This document shows positions 15,596-28,585 of a DNA stretch of 64,000 nt, in pieces. The notes beneath the pieces are model-generated. The model did not search any database and was not told where the DNA came from. It saw only the letters and a list, made by a program, of their open reading frames with translations. Numbering within the stretch: the stretch's first letter is position 1; each line of letters opens with the position of its first letter. Position numbers and translations under genes: made by a program. Source of the stretch: Blastocatellia bacterium (GTDB lineage Bacteria > Acidobacteriota > Blastocatellia > UBA7656); contig CAWHTK010000005.1 in the NCBI GenBank assembly GCA_963832205.1, forward strand, positions 44,318 through 108,317, in the 5' to 3' direction.

Positions 15596-15988
15596 GTGCC
15601 AACACTGAGTCAGCTAGTTCGAAAGGGACGTCAAAACGTAAAGTATAAGACATCGAGTCCGGCCCTGCAGTCTTGCCCGCAGAAGCGCGGCGTCTGCACC
15701 CGCGTTTATACCCAGACGCCGAAGAAGCCGAACTCGGCCCTGCGCAAGGTCGCGCGCGTGAGGTTGACCAATAGCATCGAGGTCACGACCTACATCCCTG
15801 GGATCGGTCATAACCTCCAGGAGCACTCGATCGTGCTCATACGCGGCGGGCGCGTCAAGGACCTGCCCGGCGTTCGCTATCACGTCGTGCGCGGAACTCT
15901 CGATTCGGTCGGCGTTGCCGGCCGTAAGCAGGGGCGCTCTAAGTACGGAGCCAAGCGGCCGAAAGAGGCTGCTCCGGCCAAGAAATAG
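15596..15988 (+). CDS. rpsL: 30S ribosomal protein S12 (GTG start)
   Basis: [52 protein letters not shown]... canonical S12. Confidence 0.95.
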   Translation: MPTLSQLVRKGRQNVKYKTSSPALQSCPQKRGVCTRVYTQTPKKPNSALRKVARVRLTNSIEVTTYIPGIGHNLQEHSIVLIRGGRVKDLPGVRYHVVRGTLDSVGVAGRKQGRSKYGAKRPKEAAPAKK

Positions 15989-15994
15989 GATTGA

Positions 15995-16039
15995 GGACTG
16001 AGGGCCGGCCGAGATAAGAATCGCTCGGCCCTCAGTCCT
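15995..16039. repeat. Hairpin element of the GGACTGAG...GAGGGCCGAG family, directly after the rpsL stop
   Basis: AGGACTGAGGGCCG ... CGGCCCTCAGTCCT 14-bp perfect inverted repeat with inner GCCGAG/CTCGGC pairing. Confidence 0.6.
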
Positions 16040-16058
16040 TCATAGCTTAGGTAAGGTT

Positions 16059-16532
16059 ATGCCAAGAAGAAGAGTCGCAGCTAAGCGGGAAGTCTTGCCG
16101 GACCCGATCTATAACTCCACGATGGTGACGAAGTTCATCAATTCGTTGATGTGGGGCGGCAAGAAGGCGGTGGCCGAACAGATATTCTACGGGGCGATGA
16201 GTTCTATTCAGGATAAGACTCAGGAAGACCCGCTGAAGACATTTAAGCGCGCGATGGACAACGTAAAGCCGAGGGTCGAAGTCAAGTCGCGCCGCGTGGG
16301 CGGCTCGACCTATCAGGTGCCCATCGAAGTTGATCAGAAAACTCGGGGCAACAGCCTTGCCATACGCTGGCTTATAAGCTACGCGCGCTCGCGCGCCGAG
16401 AAGACTATGATGGACCGCCTGGCCAGCGAGATACTCGATGCGGCCAACAATCGCGGCAATGCCGTCAAGAAGAAGGATGATACGCACCGGATGGCTGACG
16501 CTAACAAGGCCTTTGCGCATTACCGGTGGTAA
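16059..16532 (+). CDS. rpsG: 30S ribosomal protein S7
   Basis: [46 protein letters not shown]... Confidence 0.95.
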   Translation: MPRRRVAAKREVLPDPIYNSTMVTKFINSLMWGGKKAVAEQIFYGAMSSIQDKTQEDPLKTFKRAMDNVKPRVEVKSRRVGGSTYQVPIEVDQKTRGNSLAIRWLISYARSRAEKTMMDRLASEILDAANNRGNAVKKKDDTHRMADANKAFAHYRW

Positions 16533-16615
16533 ATAGTCAGGGACCTGGAATCGGGGATCAGGGCCGGCCAGAACGGCCCCGAACTCCGGCTCCCGCCCCC
16601 GACCACTGAAGTCTT

Positions 16616-18715
16616 ATGTCAAAGCAAGCACCACTACAGATGTTTCGGAATATCGGCATCATGGCCCACATCGACGCGGGCAAGACGACGACGACCGAGC
16701 GGATACTCTATTACACAGGCGTCTCTTACAAGATCGGCGAGGTCCACGAAGGCACCGCCGTCATGGATTGGATGGAGCAGGAGCAGGAGCGCGGCATCAC
16801 CATCACTTCGGCCGCCACGACCTGTTTCTGGCCGCGCAACGGCGATGACTATCGCATAAACATCATCGACACGCCCGGCCACGTCGATTTCACCATAGAG
16901 GTCGAGCGCAGCCTTCGCGTCCTTGATGGCGCGGTGGCGGTCTTCGATGCTGTGGCCGGAGTCCAGCCCCAGTCAGAGACCGTGTGGCGTCAGGCCGATA
17001 AGTACAGCGTCCCGCGCATCGCTTTCATCAATAAGATGGACAGGCCCGGCGCGGACTTCGAGCATGCGATTGAGACCATACGCGAGCGCCTCAGCGCAAA
17101 CCCCGTCGCCATTCAGTTCCCGATCGGCGCGGAAGATCGCTTCCACGGGTTGGTTGACCTGATCACGATGCGCGCCATCATCTATAACGTCGAAGATAAG
17201 GGCGCCGAGCCGGACGTAGTTGATATACCAGCCGATATCAGGCCCGATGCCGAAGCGGCGCGCGAGCGCATGATAGAGATGCTTGCGGATGTTGATGACG
17301 CGGTGGCGGAAAAATACCTGGGAGGGGAGCCGGTCAGCGAAGATGAGATTCGCGCGGCACTGCGGCGCGAGACGATTGCCCTGAAGATCGTTCCGGTCGT
17401 CGCGGGTACGGCTTTTAAGAACAAGGGCGTGCAGCCGTTGCTCGACGCGGTCGTCGACTACCTGCCGAGCCCGCTCGATGTGCCCGCCGTCATGGGTATA
17501 AACCCGAGGACCGGCCAGGAGGAAGAGCGGCCGGCCGATCCCAAGGCGCCGTTTTCGGGCCTCGTCTTCAAGATCATGGCCGATAAGCATATCGGCACAT
17601 TGTCCTTCGTCCGCATCTATTCGGGCACGCTGAAGTCGGGCTCTTACACGCAGAATTCAACGCGCGGATCGAAGGAGCGCGTGGGCCGAATAATGCGCAT
17701 GCACGCAAACAAGCGAGAAGACATCGACCAGGCATCCGCGGGAGAGATAGTCGCGGTGGCGGGCCTTAAACAGGTGACTACGGGCGACACGATTTGTGAA
17801 GAGTCGCATCCGGTCATCCTTGAAGCGCTCGAATTTCCGGCCCCGGTCATCGCGCAGGCAATCGAGCCGAAGACGCGTCAGGATCAAGAGAGGCTCGGCA
17901 TCGGCCTTCAGAGGCTTGCGGCCGAAGACCCCAGCTTTAAGGTTAACACCGATCAGGAGACCGGCCAGACGATCATTCAGGGTATGGGCGAACTCCACCT
18001 TGAGATTATCGTTGATCGCCTGAGGCGGGAGTTCAGCGTCGAGGCGAACGTAGGCCGCCCGCAGGTCGCTTACCGTGAAACGATTCGCAAGCAAGCGGAA
18101 GGCGTGGGCAAGTTTGTTCGACAGACCGGCGGTCGCGGACAGTACGGCCATGCCGAAGTCCGCCTTGAGCCGCTTGAGCCCGGCACCGGGTTTGAGTTTG
18201 TAAACGGGATAGTCGGCGGCGTCATTCCCCGCGAATACATCAAGCCGGTCGAAGAAGGAATCAAGGAAGCCATGGAGCACGGCGTGCTCGCCGGCTACGA
18301 GATGGTCAACGTAAAAGCCACGCTGCACTATGGCAGCTTCCACGACGTCGATTCCTCGGAGATGGCATTCAAGATTGCGGGCTCGATGGCGTTCAAGGAC
18401 GCGGCCGCAAAGGCCAGCGCCGTGCTGCTTGAGCCGATTATGAAGGTTGAGATCGTCGCGCCCGAAGAATACATGGGTTCGATTACGGGCGACATAAACT
18501 CGCGCCGCGGCCGCATCGAGAGCATCGACTCGCGGCCGGGGACTTCGGTCATTACGTCGCTTGTGCCTCTGTCGGAGATGTTCGGCTACTCGACAGACCT
18601 GCGCTCGATGACCCAGGGCCGCGCGACATATACGATGCACTTCCATCGTTATGAGGAAGCGCCGCGCAGCGTGCGCGAAGAGATCATAGCTAAGGTGCAG
18701 GGCACCGCGAGGTAA
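16616..18715 (+). CDS. fusA: Elongation factor G
   Basis: [24 protein letters not shown]..., 699 aa, full GTPase plus domains II-V. Confidence 0.97.
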   Translation: MSKQAPLQMFRNIGIMAHIDAGKTTTTERILYYTGVSYKIGEVHEGTAVMDWMEQEQERGITITSAATTCFWPRNGDDYRINIIDTPGHVDFTIEVERSLRVLDGAVAVFDAVAGVQPQSETVWRQADKYSVPRIAFINKMDRPGADFEHAIETIRERLSANPVAIQFPIGAEDRFHGLVDLITMRAIIYNVEDKGAEPDVVDIPADIRPDAEAARERMIEMLADVDDAVAEKYLGGEPVSEDEIRAALRRETIALKIVPVVAGTAFKNKGVQPLLDAVVDYLPSPLDVPAVMGINPRTGQEEERPADPKAPFSGLVFKIMADKHIGTLSFVRIYSGTLKSGSYTQNSTRGSKERVGRIMRMHANKREDIDQASAGEIVAVAGLKQVTTGDTICEESHPVILEALEFPAPVIAQAIEPKTRQDQERLGIGLQRLAAEDPSFKVNTDQETGQTIIQGMGELHLEIIVDRLRREFSVEANVGRPQVAYRETIRKQAEGVGKFVRQTGGRGQYGHAEVRLEPLEPGTGFEFVNGIVGGVIPREYIKPVEEGIKEAMEHGVLAGYEMVNVKATLHYGSFHDVDSSEMAFKIAGSMAFKDAAAKASAVLLEPIMKVEIVAPEEYMGSITGDINSRRGRIESIDSRPGTSVITSLVPLSEMFGYSTDLRSMTQGRATYTMHFHRYEEAPRSVREEIIAKVQGTAR

Positions 18716-18775
18716 TAATTTTCCATCTCAGGTGGGCGCCCCGGAGGGCGCTCGCGGAAAAGGAGCTAGAATAAA

Positions 18776-19963
<1,188 letters not shown>

Positions 19964-20006
19964 TTGATCGGATGCGCACAAGGCGCTCCGGACTGAGAAA
20001 GTAAAG

Positions 20007-20333
20007 ATGCTTAACGAAAAGATTAGAATCAGGCTGAAGGCATATGATTACCGAGTGCTTGACCAGTCAACGGCTGAGATAGTTGACACGGCCAAGCGCA
20101 CGGGCGCGCGCGTCGCTGGCCCGATACCGCTGCCCACGGTCAAGAACAAGTACACCGTGCTGCGGAGCCCGCACGTGGATAAGAAATCGCGCGAGCAATT
20201 TGAGATTCGCACTCATAAGCGGCTCATGGACATACTTGACCCGACGCCGCAGACGGTCGATGCGCTCATGAAGCTCGATCTGCCTGCCGGCGTTGATGTC
20301 GAGATAAAAGCCTTCGGCAAAGACCACAAATAG
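20007..20333 (+). CDS. rpsJ: 30S ribosomal protein S10
   Basis: [44 protein letters not shown]... Confidence 0.95.
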   Translation: MLNEKIRIRLKAYDYRVLDQSTAEIVDTAKRTGARVAGPIPLPTVKNKYTVLRSPHVDKKSREQFEIRTHKRLMDILDPTPQTVDALMKLDLPAGVDVEIKAFGKDHK

Positions 20334-20394
20334 GCGACAGGGCTTAGGCGACAGGTCGGGGAATTGACCGCGCGGCGGTCGAAGCCCATTGGCC

Positions 20395-20422
20395 TGCAAC
20401 CTGTAACCTGTAACCTGTAACC
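20395..20422. repeat. CCTGTAA x3 tandem heptamer / CTGTAACCTGT(A/C)ACC motif upstream of rplC
   Basis: gcaacctgtaacctgtaacctgtaaccc; related to the identical 16-mers at 35373-35388 and 63427-63442. Confidence 0.6.
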
Positions 20423-20433
20423 CGAGAGTTATT

Positions 20434-21063
20434 ATGGTCAACGGAATAATTGGTAAGAAGCTCGGAATGACGCAGATTTTTGCGTCGGACGGAACGGTTA
20501 CGCCGGTGACGGTCCTAAAGGCCGGCCCCTGCGTGGTCGTTCAAAAGAAGACCGTCAACAGTGATGGCTATGACGCGGTCCAGTTGGGGTTGGTCGAAGA
20601 GAAGCCGCCCCGCCGCGTTAATAAACCTACCGAAGGTCACTTCAAGCGCGCGGGCGTGCCGCCCACGCGCGTGCTGCGCGAGATCCGTGTAGATACGGGC
20701 GAGGAGGCGACCAATGTCGGCGATAAGATACTCGTCGATATGTTTAACGCCAATGACCTCGTGGAGATTGTCGGCAAGTCGAAAGGGCGCGGTTTCGCGG
20801 GGTTCATCAAACGCCACGGGTTTGCGGGCGGGCGCGCCACGCACGGTTCGATGTTTCACCGCGCGCCCGGAGGCATCGGCGCATCGGCATATCCGTCCCG
20901 CGTCTATAAAGGCACGCGCATGGCGGGCCACATGGGCGTCGAGCGAAAGACCATAAAGAACCTTCGCGTCGTAGCGGTCAACATCGAAAACAATCTGCTG
21001 ATGGTGCGCGGGGCGGTGCCCGGCCCGAACGGCGCATACGTGTTGATTAAGAAGGCGCAATAG
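20434..21063 (+). CDS. rplC: 50S ribosomal protein L3
   Basis: [37 protein letters not shown]... Confidence 0.95.
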   Translation: MVNGIIGKKLGMTQIFASDGTVTPVTVLKAGPCVVVQKKTVNSDGYDAVQLGLVEEKPPRRVNKPTEGHFKRAGVPPTRVLREIRVDTGEEATNVGDKILVDMFNANDLVEIVGKSKGRGFAGFIKRHGFAGGRATHGSMFHRAPGGIGASAYPSRVYKGTRMAGHMGVERKTIKNLRVVAVNIENNLLMVRGAVPGPNGAYVLIKKAQ

Positions 21064-21180
21064 TGAGAAGTCAGATGACCGAAGCCAGAAGACAGAATGG
21101 AAAAGGAAGTCGGCGCAAAGCGCTTACGCCTTTATTCTGACTCCTGACTTCCGACTCCTGACTCCTGATGGAGCAGAAAC
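21064..21180. repeat. Imperfect hairpin / tandem GACTCCTGA element (GAAGTCAGGAGTCAGAAT family) between rplC and rplD
   Basis: gaagtcag...acagaat ... attctgactcctgacttccgactcctgactcctga; shares the GTCAGGAGTCAGAAT motif with 37801-37884. Confidence 0.55.
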
Positions 21181-21810
21181 ATGCCTGTTGTGAAGGTAAA
21201 GAACCTTAAGAACGAAGAGGTGGGCGAGCTGGAGCTGTCGGACGAAGTGTTCGGCGCGCCGCTCAACAAGTCGCTCATTTACGAAGCGGTCAAGAGCTAC
21301 CTGGCCAATCAGCGCGCCGGCACATCGGCCACCAAGACGCGCGGCGACACGAGCGGGTCGGGCAAGAAGCTCTGGAAGCAGAAGGGCACCGGGCGGGCGC
21401 GCATAGCGAGCCTTCGAAGCCCGCTGTGGAAGGGCGGCGGAAACGTCCACGGCCCTCAGCCGCGCGACTGGTCCTACCGCATACCGAAAAAGATGCGTCG
21501 CGGGGCGATCCGGTCGGTGCTCTCCGAGCGGCTGCGCGAGGGCGGCATCATTATCGTCGAAAACTTCGAGCTTCAGTCGCACAAGACCAAGGACTTTGTC
21601 GCGGCGCTGGCGGGTCTCGGGTTGAGCAGGCGCACGCTGATAGTCGATTCGCTCGATAACAACAACCTGGCGTTGTCGTCGCGCAACCTGCCCAACGTTA
21701 CTTACATTGCGCCGACCGACGTGAACATATACAACCTGCTCACGCACGAGCAGGTTGCATTTACGCGCGAGGCGGCGGCCCAGCTCGAAAAGCAGCTCGG
21801 CAGTAAATAG
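21181..21810 (+). CDS. rplD: 50S ribosomal protein L4
   Basis: [48 protein letters not shown]... Confidence 0.95.
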   Translation: MPVVKVKNLKNEEVGELELSDEVFGAPLNKSLIYEAVKSYLANQRAGTSATKTRGDTSGSGKKLWKQKGTGRARIASLRSPLWKGGGNVHGPQPRDWSYRIPKKMRRGAIRSVLSERLREGGIIIVENFELQSHKTKDFVAALAGLGLSRRTLIVDSLDNNNLALSSRNLPNVTYIAPTDVNIYNLLTHEQVAFTREAAAQLEKQLGSK

Positions 21811-21820
21811 GAGGCGGCTA

Positions 21821-22150
21821 ATGCAGACTATCTGGGATGTAATAAAAGGGCCGGTCATAACAGAGAAGGCGCTCACGATGAAGGACGAGCCCGAGTCGAT
21901 GGGTCGCGCCGGCAACGAGCGGCAGATACTTACGCTCAAAGTTGACGCCCGCGCGAGCAAGCCCGAGATCAAGCGCGCCGTCGAGCAGATCTTCGGCGTG
22001 AAGGTTGACGGGGTGCGAGTCGCCAACTTCCGCGGCAAGATGAAGCGCATACCGACGCGCCGCGAGACGGGCCGCAGACCGGGCTGGAAGAAAGCCTACG
22101 TCACGCTTAAGGCGGGCGAGAGGCCGATTATGTACGAAGACGCAATCTGA
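21821..22150 (+). CDS. rplW: 50S ribosomal protein L23
   Basis: MQTIWDVIKGPVITEKALTMKDE...; GGAGG 6 nt upstream; the longer ORF 21755-22150 overlaps rplD and is not the real start. Confidence 0.9.
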   Translation: MQTIWDVIKGPVITEKALTMKDEPESMGRAGNERQILTLKVDARASKPEIKRAVEQIFGVKVDGVRVANFRGKMKRIPTRRETGRRPGWKKAYVTLKAGERPIMYEDAI

Positions 22151-22241
22151 TTTTTGATTGCGGATTTTAGATTCTGGATTGGAGCGCGACCTCCTTTCCT
22201 TAATCCAAAATCCAAAATCTAAAATCCAAAATGGAAAAGCG
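22151..22241. repeat. Hairpin with AATCC/CCAAAAT pentamer-heptamer tandem repeats between rplW and rplB
   Basis: GGATTTTAGATTCTGGATTGG ... CCAAAATCCAAAATCTAAAATCCAAAATGG; GGATTTTAGATT pairs with AATCTAAAATCC. Confidence 0.6.
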
Positions 22242-23066
22242 ATGGGAATCAGAAAGCTAACACCTACGTCACCCGCGCGGCGCTACCAGACCTATCTCAC
22301 CCGCGAAGAGATAACGACGGACACGCCATACGAGCCGCTGCTTGCGCCCAAGAAGCGTATATCCGGGCGCAACCATCACGGCCACATAACGGTTCGCCGG
22401 CGCGGCGGCGGCGCAAAGCGCCATTACCGCATAATAGATTTCAAGCGCGACAAGACCGGCATTCCGGCCAAGGTAGAGACGATTGAGTATGACCCGAACC
22501 GCTCGGCCCATATCGCGCTGCTCAGCTACCTCGACGGGGAGAAGCGTTATATCATCGCGCCGGTCGGGCTCAAGGTTGGACAGTCTATAATCTCGGGCCC
22601 GGAGTCCGACATCATCCCCGGAAACGCCTTGCCGCTTCGCTTCATACCCCTGGGCACGACAATTCATAACATCGAATTGAGACCGGGCAAGGGGGCGCAG
22701 ATAGTCCGCGCGGCGGGCGGCGCGGCGCAGCTTGTGGCCAAGGAAGGCGACTGGGCGCAGCTCCGGCTGCCGAGCGGCGAAATCCGCCGCGTCAATATCG
22801 AGTGCTACGCCACGGTGGGCCAGATCGGAAACATAGAGCACAGCAACGTGAGCCTGGGCAAGGCCGGGCGCACGCGCTGGCTGGGCCGCCGCCCGAAAGT
22901 GCGCGGCGTGGCGATGAACCCGGTTGACCATCCGCATGGCGGCGGCGAGGGCAAGACTTCCGGGGGGCGAAACCCTGTCACTCCCTGGGGCCAGCCGACG
23001 CGCGGCTATAAGACTCGTAACAACAAGCGCACCGACAAGTTCATCGTGCGCAGAGCTAAAAAGTAA
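22242..23066 (+). CDS. rplB: 50S ribosomal protein L2
   Basis: [17 protein letters not shown]... [14 protein letters not shown]; true start inside ORF 22158-23066. Confidence 0.95.
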   Translation: MGIRKLTPTSPARRYQTYLTREEITTDTPYEPLLAPKKRISGRNHHGHITVRRRGGGAKRHYRIIDFKRDKTGIPAKVETIEYDPNRSAHIALLSYLDGEKRYIIAPVGLKVGQSIISGPESDIIPGNALPLRFIPLGTTIHNIELRPGKGAQIVRAAGGAAQLVAKEGDWAQLRLPSGEIRRVNIECYATVGQIGNIEHSNVSLGKAGRTRWLGRRPKVRGVAMNPVDHPHGGGEGKTSGGRNPVTPWGQPTRGYKTRNNKRTDKFIVRRAKK

Positions 23067-23138
23067 AGACTGAGCCGTGAGGGTCGGGCGAGAAACATCT
23101 CCCGCTCGGCTCCACAGTACTCAGCACTCGGAAGGGTT

Positions 23139-23426
23139 ATGGCAAGATCAATTAGAAAAGGGCCGTTCATTGATGAACACCTGATGAATAAGATATCGCG
23201 GATGAATTCGGCGAACGAGAAGCGGGTCGAAAAGACCTGGTCGCGCCGCTCGACGATTGTGCCCGAGATGGTGGGTCATACCATCGCCGTGCATAACGGC
23301 AAGAAGTTCATCCCGGTTTACGTTCAGGAGAACATGGTCGGGCACAAGCTCGGGGAGTTCTCGCCCACGCGGACTTTCAAGGGGCACCCCGAGAAGAGCG
23401 ACAAGACCGTAAAGAAAGGGAAGTAA
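23139..23426 (+). CDS. rpsS: 30S ribosomal protein S19
   Basis: [19 protein letters not shown]... Confidence 0.95.
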   Translation: MARSIRKGPFIDEHLMNKISRMNSANEKRVEKTWSRRSTIVPEMVGHTIAVHNGKKFIPVYVQENMVGHKLGEFSPTRTFKGHPEKSDKTVKKGK

Positions 23427-23429
23427 GCG

Positions 23430-23792
23430 ATGAAGGCACGCGCAGTCGCAAAATACATCAAGGGCTCGCCGCAGAAGGCCCGGCTGGTCATTGACCTCAT
23501 TCGCGGTCGCAACGTCAACGAGGCGCTTGCGATGCTGCGCGCGACCAACAAGCGCGCGGCGGGCCCGATTGAGATAACGCTACGGTCGGCCATTGCCAAC
23601 GCGACGCAGAAGGCCGATCAGCTTAACGTCACGATCGATGTTGACCGGCTCAAGGTATCTATGGCCGCCGTCAACCTCGGTCCGACCAAGTGGCGCCGCC
23701 GCGTCAGGCCCGCGCCGATGGGCCGCGCCTACCGCGAGCGAAGGTGGCAAAGCCATATCACCATCGAGGTGGAAACGGAAAAGGAAGATTAA
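23430..23792 (+). CDS. rplV: 50S ribosomal protein L22
   Basis: [36 protein letters not shown]... Confidence 0.95.
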   Translation: MKARAVAKYIKGSPQKARLVIDLIRGRNVNEALAMLRATNKRAAGPIEITLRSAIANATQKADQLNVTIDVDRLKVSMAAVNLGPTKWRRRVRPAPMGRAYRERRWQSHITIEVETEKED

Positions 23793-23793
23793 T

Positions 23794-24450
23794 ATGGGTC
23801 AGAAAGTACATCCGTATGGCTTCAGGCTGGGGTTCAATCGCGGGTGGCATTCGAACTGGATTGCCAAGCGCGATTACGCGGACCTCTTGCACGAGGACCT
23901 GAAGCTCAAGAAGGAGTTGAAGAGGCGCTTTGCCGGCGCGGGCGTCTCCAACATCGACGTCGAGCGGGCGGCTAACAAGCTCAAGATCATCATCCACACT
24001 TCGCGGCCCGGCATCATCATCGGTCGCAAGGGCGCGGAGATCGACAAGCTGAAGCAAGAGATCAAAGAGCGCACGGGCCGCGAGGTCTATGTCAACATCC
24101 AGGAGATACATAAGCCGGAGCTGAACGCGCAGTTGCAGGCCGAACAGATCGCGCAGCAACTCGAAAAGCGAATCGCTTTCCGCCGCGCCATGCGACGAGC
24201 GGTCGAGAACGCGCAGCGGTTCGGCGCGCAGGGCATCAAAGTGCGCGTCTCCGGGCGGTTGAACGGGGCTGAGATCGCGCGCAGCGAATGGTACCTGCAG
24301 GGGCGGTTGCCGCTTCACACGCTCAGGGCCGACATCGATTACGGGTTCGCGCAGGCTTATACGACCTTCGGTGTCATCGGCGTCAAGGTCTGGATATACC
24401 GCGGCGACGAGTTGAGCATCCGCCGCGCAGCCCCAAGGCGACCTCAATAG
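23794..24450 (+). CDS. rpsC: 30S ribosomal protein S3
   Basis: [24 protein letters not shown]... (KH domain plus S3 C-terminal domain); start inside ORF 23593-24450. Confidence 0.95.
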   Translation: MGQKVHPYGFRLGFNRGWHSNWIAKRDYADLLHEDLKLKKELKRRFAGAGVSNIDVERAANKLKIIIHTSRPGIIIGRKGAEIDKLKQEIKERTGREVYVNIQEIHKPELNAQLQAEQIAQQLEKRIAFRRAMRRAVENAQRFGAQGIKVRVSGRLNGAEIARSEWYLQGRLPLHTLRADIDYGFAQAYTTFGVIGVKVWIYRGDELSIRRAAPRRPQ

Positions 24451-24546
24451 CAGTGGTCTGGGGGCAGCGGTCAGTAGGCGGCGAGGAGGACTTCTCTTCG
24501 CGAAGAACTGACCGGCCGCCGCCGGCCACCGAGCAGTGGTGAAATT

Positions 24547-24987
24547 ATGGCTGAATATAAGATTCCAAAGCGAATGAAGTACCGCAAACAGCAGCGGGGC
24601 CGCATGAGCGGCGTCGCCACTCGGGGGGCGGAAATATCGTTTGGCGAGTATGGGCTCAAGGCGCTCGAGCCCGCCTGGATCACCGGCAAGCAGATCGAGG
24701 CTTCGCGCGTCGCCATGACTCGCTTCATCAAGCGCGGCGGCAAGATTTGGATAAGAGTCTTCCCGGATAAGCCGATCACCAAAAAGCCGGCGGAAACCCG
24801 CATGGGCAAGGGCAAGGGCGCGCCGGAAGGCTGGGTCGCGGTCGTCAAGCCCGGCAGGGTGCTGTTTGAGATGGAAGGCGTCAACGAAAAGACGGCGGCC
24901 GAAGCAATGAGGCTCGCCGCGCAGAAGTTGCCGATCAAGACCAAGTTCATCACGCGCAAGGATCAGGAGTCAGGAGGGTTGGTATGA
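24547..24987 (+). CDS. rplP: 50S ribosomal protein L16
   Basis: [39 protein letters not shown]... Confidence 0.95.
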   Translation: MAEYKIPKRMKYRKQQRGRMSGVATRGAEISFGEYGLKALEPAWITGKQIEASRVAMTRFIKRGGKIWIRVFPDKPITKKPAETRMGKGKGAPEGWVAVVKPGRVLFEMEGVNEKTAAEAMRLAAQKLPIKTKFITRKDQESGGLV

Positions 24988-25187
24988 AGGCCGATGAGAT
25001 GAGAGAGCTTTCGGATGAAGACCTGCGCGGCAGGGTGAACGAGCTGAAAGAGCAGATTTTTCGCATGCGGTTCAAGCTGTCGCTCGGGAACACCGACGTA
25101 GTAAAACAGTTGCGCGAATCGCGCAAGGACCTGGCGCGGGTCAAGACCCTGATGCGCGAGCGCGAGATTAACGCGGCGCAAAGCTAA
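24984..25187 (+). CDS. rpmC: 50S ribosomal protein L29
   Basis: [36 protein letters not shown]...; ATGA overlap with the rplP stop. Confidence 0.9.
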   Translation: MKADEMRELSDEDLRGRVNELKEQIFRMRFKLSLGNTDVVKQLRESRKDLARVKTLMREREINAAQS

Positions 25188-25211
25188 GGCCAGGGCATAC
25201 GCTTTTGAAGG

Positions 25212-25622
25212 GTGAGTATGGAAGATAATAAGAACGAGAATACGAATGAGAACGCCACGGAGACCAGCGAGGAAGGCGGCCTGCTGATTGACGCGGCTCG
25301 GGCCATCGGCTCGACAATTGGAAAAGTAGCCTCGGCCATAGGCGTGGGCGGCGAAACCGACGCGGCGACGCCGGCCAAGCGGAGGCGGCAGGAGAAGGTC
25401 GGGCTCGTGACGAGCGACAAGATGGAGAAGACGGTCGTCGTGCGCGTGGAGCGCCAGGTCCGACACCAGAAGTACAAGAGGTATATACGCCGCCGGTCGA
25501 AGTTCATGGCGCACGACGAGCTTGGCGCGCGCATAGGCGATACGGTCCGTATTATCGAGACCCGGCCGCTTTCGGCTCGTAAGCGCTGGCGCGTGATCGA
25601 GATTGTTCAAAGAGCAAGATAG
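25212..25622 (+). CDS. rpsQ: 30S ribosomal protein S17 with ~55-aa low-complexity N-terminal extension
   Basis: S17 core KVGLVTSDKMEKTVVVRVERQVRHQKYKRYIRRRSKFMAHDE... preceded by MSMEDNKNENTNENATETSEEGG...; true start uncertain. Confidence 0.8.
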   Translation: MSMEDNKNENTNENATETSEEGGLLIDAARAIGSTIGKVASAIGVGGETDAATPAKRRRQEKVGLVTSDKMEKTVVVRVERQVRHQKYKRYIRRRSKFMAHDELGARIGDTVRIIETRPLSARKRWRVIEIVQRAR

Positions 25623-25694
25623 GTAGCGGGGGACAGGTCATAGGCGGCAGGGGAGCGATTGTCTCACCCCGCCCCTGTTCGCTGGAGGACAGTT

Positions 25695-26063
25695 ATGGTT
25701 CAAATGAGGTCAATCCTTGAGGTCGCGGATAACTCCGGGGCCAAGCGCATTTCGATGATCCTGCCGCTGGGCGGCTCCACGGGGTCAAGGGCCGGACTTG
25801 GTGACATCATCACGGCATCGGTCAAGGAAGCCGCGCCCGACGGAGCGGTCAAGAAGGGGCAGGTGGTGCGCGCCGTCATAGTCCGCGTGCGCAAAGAGAC
25901 GCGCCGCAGGGACGGCACCTATATCCGCTTCGACCAGAACGCGGCCGTGATTATTAAGCCCGACAACGAGCCCGTCGGCACGCGCGTCTTCGGGCCCATC
26001 GCGCGCGAGCTGCGCGATAAGCGGTTTATGAAGATAGTGAGCCTCGCGCCCGAGGTGATCTAG
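25695..26063 (+). CDS. rplN: 50S ribosomal protein L14
   Basis: [22 protein letters not shown]...; start inside ORF 25659-26063. Confidence 0.95.
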   Translation: MVQMRSILEVADNSGAKRISMILPLGGSTGSRAGLGDIITASVKEAAPDGAVKKGQVVRAVIVRVRKETRRRDGTYIRFDQNAAVIIKPDNEPVGTRVFGPIARELRDKRFMKIVSLAPEVI

Positions 26064-26093
26064 GGCCGGTGGTCGGAAGTCAGACGAGGGATT

Positions 26094-26426
26094 ATGAACG
26101 TAGAGATCAACGTAAGAAAGAACGACCGGGTGATTGTGATAACGGGCAAGGACCGCGGCAAATCCGGCCGCATCATAGAAGTCCTTCCGCGTAAGCACAA
26201 GGTCATTGTGGAAGGCGTCAACGTCATCAAGCGGCACAGCAAGGCGAACACGAGGCGGGGCGTGCAAGGGGGAATACTTGAGCGCGAGGCCCCGATAGAC
26301 GTGTCGAACGTGATGCTCGTCTGCCCGCATTGCGGCAAGGGCACGCGCGCCGCGCACCAGGTGCTCGAAGACGGCAAGCGGCACCGCGCGTGCAAAAAGT
26401 GCGGCGCGGCTATCGAGAAACAGTAA
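26094..26426 (+). CDS. rplX: 50S ribosomal protein L24 with C-terminal Cys4 zinc-ribbon-like tail
   Basis: KOW region [19 protein letters not shown]; C-terminus ...[37 protein letters not shown]. Confidence 0.9.
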   Translation: MNVEINVRKNDRVIVITGKDRGKSGRIIEVLPRKHKVIVEGVNVIKRHSKANTRRGVQGGILEREAPIDVSNVMLVCPHCGKGTRAAHQVLEDGKRHRACKKCGAAIEKQ

Positions 26427-26497
26427 CGACGTGGGGCGAATGGTTCTGGCTACTGAAGGCAGCTCCCCACGGCGCATCAGTAGAAAGGGAAGACGGA

Positions 26498-27043
26498 ATG
26501 GCGAATAGGTTAGCGGAACGATACAAGAGCGAAATGATTCCGGCGCTGATGAAAGAGTTTAGCTACAAAAACATCATGGCCGTGCCGAAGATCGAGAAGG
26601 TTATCCTAAACATGGGCGTGGGCCGCGAGGCGCAGACGAACCCGAAGGTCTTCGATCAGGCGGCGATGGAGCTTTCGACCATCTCGGGCCAGAAGCCGGT
26701 GATCACCAAGGCCAAGAAATCGATCGCGGCGTTCAAGCTGCGCGCGGGCATGCCGGTCGGCGTGGCGGTGACGCTGCGCGGCGAGCGTATGTACGAGTTC
26801 CTGGACCGCTTCATCAACGCGGTGCTCCCGCGCGTGCGAGATTTTCGCGGGGTCAGCCCGCGCGCGTTCGACGGGCGGGGCAATTATACGATAGGCATCA
26901 AGGACCAGTTGATTTTCCCCGAGATCGATTTCAACAAAGTTGACCGGACGCGGGGCATGAACATATCGATAGTAACGACGGCACGCACGGATGAAGAGGG
27001 CCGCGCCCTCCTTCGCCAGTTCGGAATGCCGTTCATGAAATAG
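26498..27043 (+). CDS. rplE: 50S ribosomal protein L5
   Basis: [42 protein letters not shown]... Confidence 0.95.
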   Translation: MANRLAERYKSEMIPALMKEFSYKNIMAVPKIEKVILNMGVGREAQTNPKVFDQAAMELSTISGQKPVITKAKKSIAAFKLRAGMPVGVAVTLRGERMYEFLDRFINAVLPRVRDFRGVSPRAFDGRGNYTIGIKDQLIFPEIDFNKVDRTRGMNISIVTTARTDEEGRALLRQFGMPFMK

Positions 27044-27106
27044 TTGTCAGGGGTCAGCGGCCGGTGACGAGATTACCGCTCGCCGGCCCTCGAACACAGA
27101 GGAACG

Positions 27107-27391
27107 ATGGCAAGATTATCATCAATGCACAAAGCCAATGAGCTGAAGCGCGCTTTGGAGAACGCCAAGGCCCGCGTGAAAGAGCAATATGGTTCGGCGG
27201 GAAAGAAGGCGATTAAGCGCGCGAAGTCGGAAGGCTTGAATTTCAACGTATTCACTTCGCGCGTCCACAACCGCTGCCGCCGCTGCGGCCGCGGCCGCGG
27301 ATACCTGCGCAAGTTCGCGCTGTGCCGAATCTGTTTCCGCGACCTTTCGCTTGAAGGGCACGTCCCGGGCGTAACAAAGTCGAGCTGGTGA
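27107..27391 (+). CDS. rpsN: 30S ribosomal protein S14, zinc-binding (type Z) core with ~33-aa N-terminal extension
   Basis: C-terminus [39 protein letters not shown] (CxxC...CxxC). Confidence 0.85.
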   Translation: MARLSSMHKANELKRALENAKARVKEQYGSAGKKAIKRAKSEGLNFNVFTSRVHNRCRRCGRGRGYLRKFALCRICFRDLSLEGHVPGVTKSSW

Positions 27392-27475
27392 AATCGAGGA
27401 CTGAGCGATGAGGGGCGGAGGACTGAGTGAGTCGAAGTCGATGCCCGGTCCCTCGGTCCCGTACTAGGAGAAGCA
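27392..27475. repeat. Hairpin element of the GGACTGAGCGATGAGGG family after the rpsN stop
   Basis: gaggactgagcgatgaggggcggaggactgagtgag...; same motif at 28468, 33968, 23068 and reverse-complemented at 49481-49500. Confidence 0.55.
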
Positions 27476-27868
27476 ATGACAGATCCAATCGCGGACATGC
27501 TGACTCGCATACGCAACGCGTACGCGGCGAAGCACCAGAAGGTCGATGTGCCGCTGTCGAAGCTGAAGATCGAGATAGCGCGCATCCTCAAAGAAGAAGG
27601 GTTCATAAACAATTTTAAGGTGATCGGCGAAGGGCCCCGGCGCAACATTCGCGTTTACCTGCGCTACGGCCAGAAGGGCGAGCAGGTGATCACCGCGCTC
27701 GAGCGCGTGTCGAAGCCCGGCTGCCGCGTTTACGTCGGCAGCCAGACGGTGCCGAAAGTGCTCGGCGGGCTGGGCATAAATATTCTTTCGACCTCGCGCG
27801 GCCTTATGACCGATAGGCGCGCCCGACGCGAACGTGTGGGGGGCGAGATACTCTGCCGGGTCTATTAA
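27476..27868 (+). CDS. rpsH: 30S ribosomal protein S8
   Basis: [31 protein letters not shown]... Confidence 0.95.
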   Translation: MTDPIADMLTRIRNAYAAKHQKVDVPLSKLKIEIARILKEEGFINNFKVIGEGPRRNIRVYLRYGQKGEQVITALERVSKPGCRVYVGSQTVPKVLGGLGINILSTSRGLMTDRRARRERVGGEILCRVY

Positions 27869-27907
27869 AGTCGCGGCACTCTAAACGTGCCGCCCGGAGT
27901 TGATTCG

Positions 27908-28462
27908 ATGTCGAGAATAGGTAAGAAGCCGATAGCTATTCCTAAAGGCGTAACCGTAAACATTAATGACGGCGCCGTCGAGGTGAAGGGGCCGAAGGGG
28001 ACGCTTACGACCCAACTGCCCGAGGGCGTAAAGTTGAGGCAGGAGGACGGCCAGTTGCTCGCCGAGCGCGAGTCGGACGACCACGCCGCGGTGCACGGGC
28101 TCGCCCGCGCGCTCATACAGAATGCGGTCACGGGCGTAACCGAAGGGTTCACGCGTCAGCTCGATATAGTCGGCGTTGGTTACAAGGCTGAGCTTCAGAG
28201 CCGCCGCGTGATATTCAACCTCGGCTATTCGCACCCGATTGAATTCCCGCTGCCTAACGGGATCGACGTAAAGATCGAGCGCGTCAATAAGCCGATCCAG
28301 CAGTATCAAACGACGCTCACGCTTACGGGCATCGACCGCCAGCAGATCGGGCAGGTCGCGGCCGACATGCGCAGCCTGCGCAGGCCCGATCCGTACAAAG
28401 GCAAGGGCGTGCGCTACACCAACGAAGTGCTAAAGCTCAAACCGGGCAAGACCGGGAAGTAA
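27908..28462 (+). CDS. rplF: 50S ribosomal protein L6
   Basis: [31 protein letters not shown]... Confidence 0.95.
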   Translation: MSRIGKKPIAIPKGVTVNINDGAVEVKGPKGTLTTQLPEGVKLRQEDGQLLAERESDDHAAVHGLARALIQNAVTGVTEGFTRQLDIVGVGYKAELQSRRVIFNLGYSHPIEFPLPNGIDVKIERVNKPIQQYQTTLTLTGIDRQQIGQVAADMRSLRRPDPYKGKGVRYTNEVLKLKPGKTGK

Positions 28463-28585
28463 CGGGACTGAGCGAAGGGGAGCGGAGCGCTCATCTGTAA
28501 GCGTCCGACTCGGTCCCCGGTTCTCAACTAAGAGGGTTGCTGAAGTGAGGCTACTGGCCCAATCAGCGATCGAAGGTGAAACGAG

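Noticed and set aside
21124-22050. Minus-strand 308-aa ORF antisense to rplD/rplW; 20515-21060 and 22269-22937 minus ORFs antisense to rplC/rplB
   Set aside because: They are antisense to unmistakable ribosomal-protein genes; high-GC shadow ORFs.
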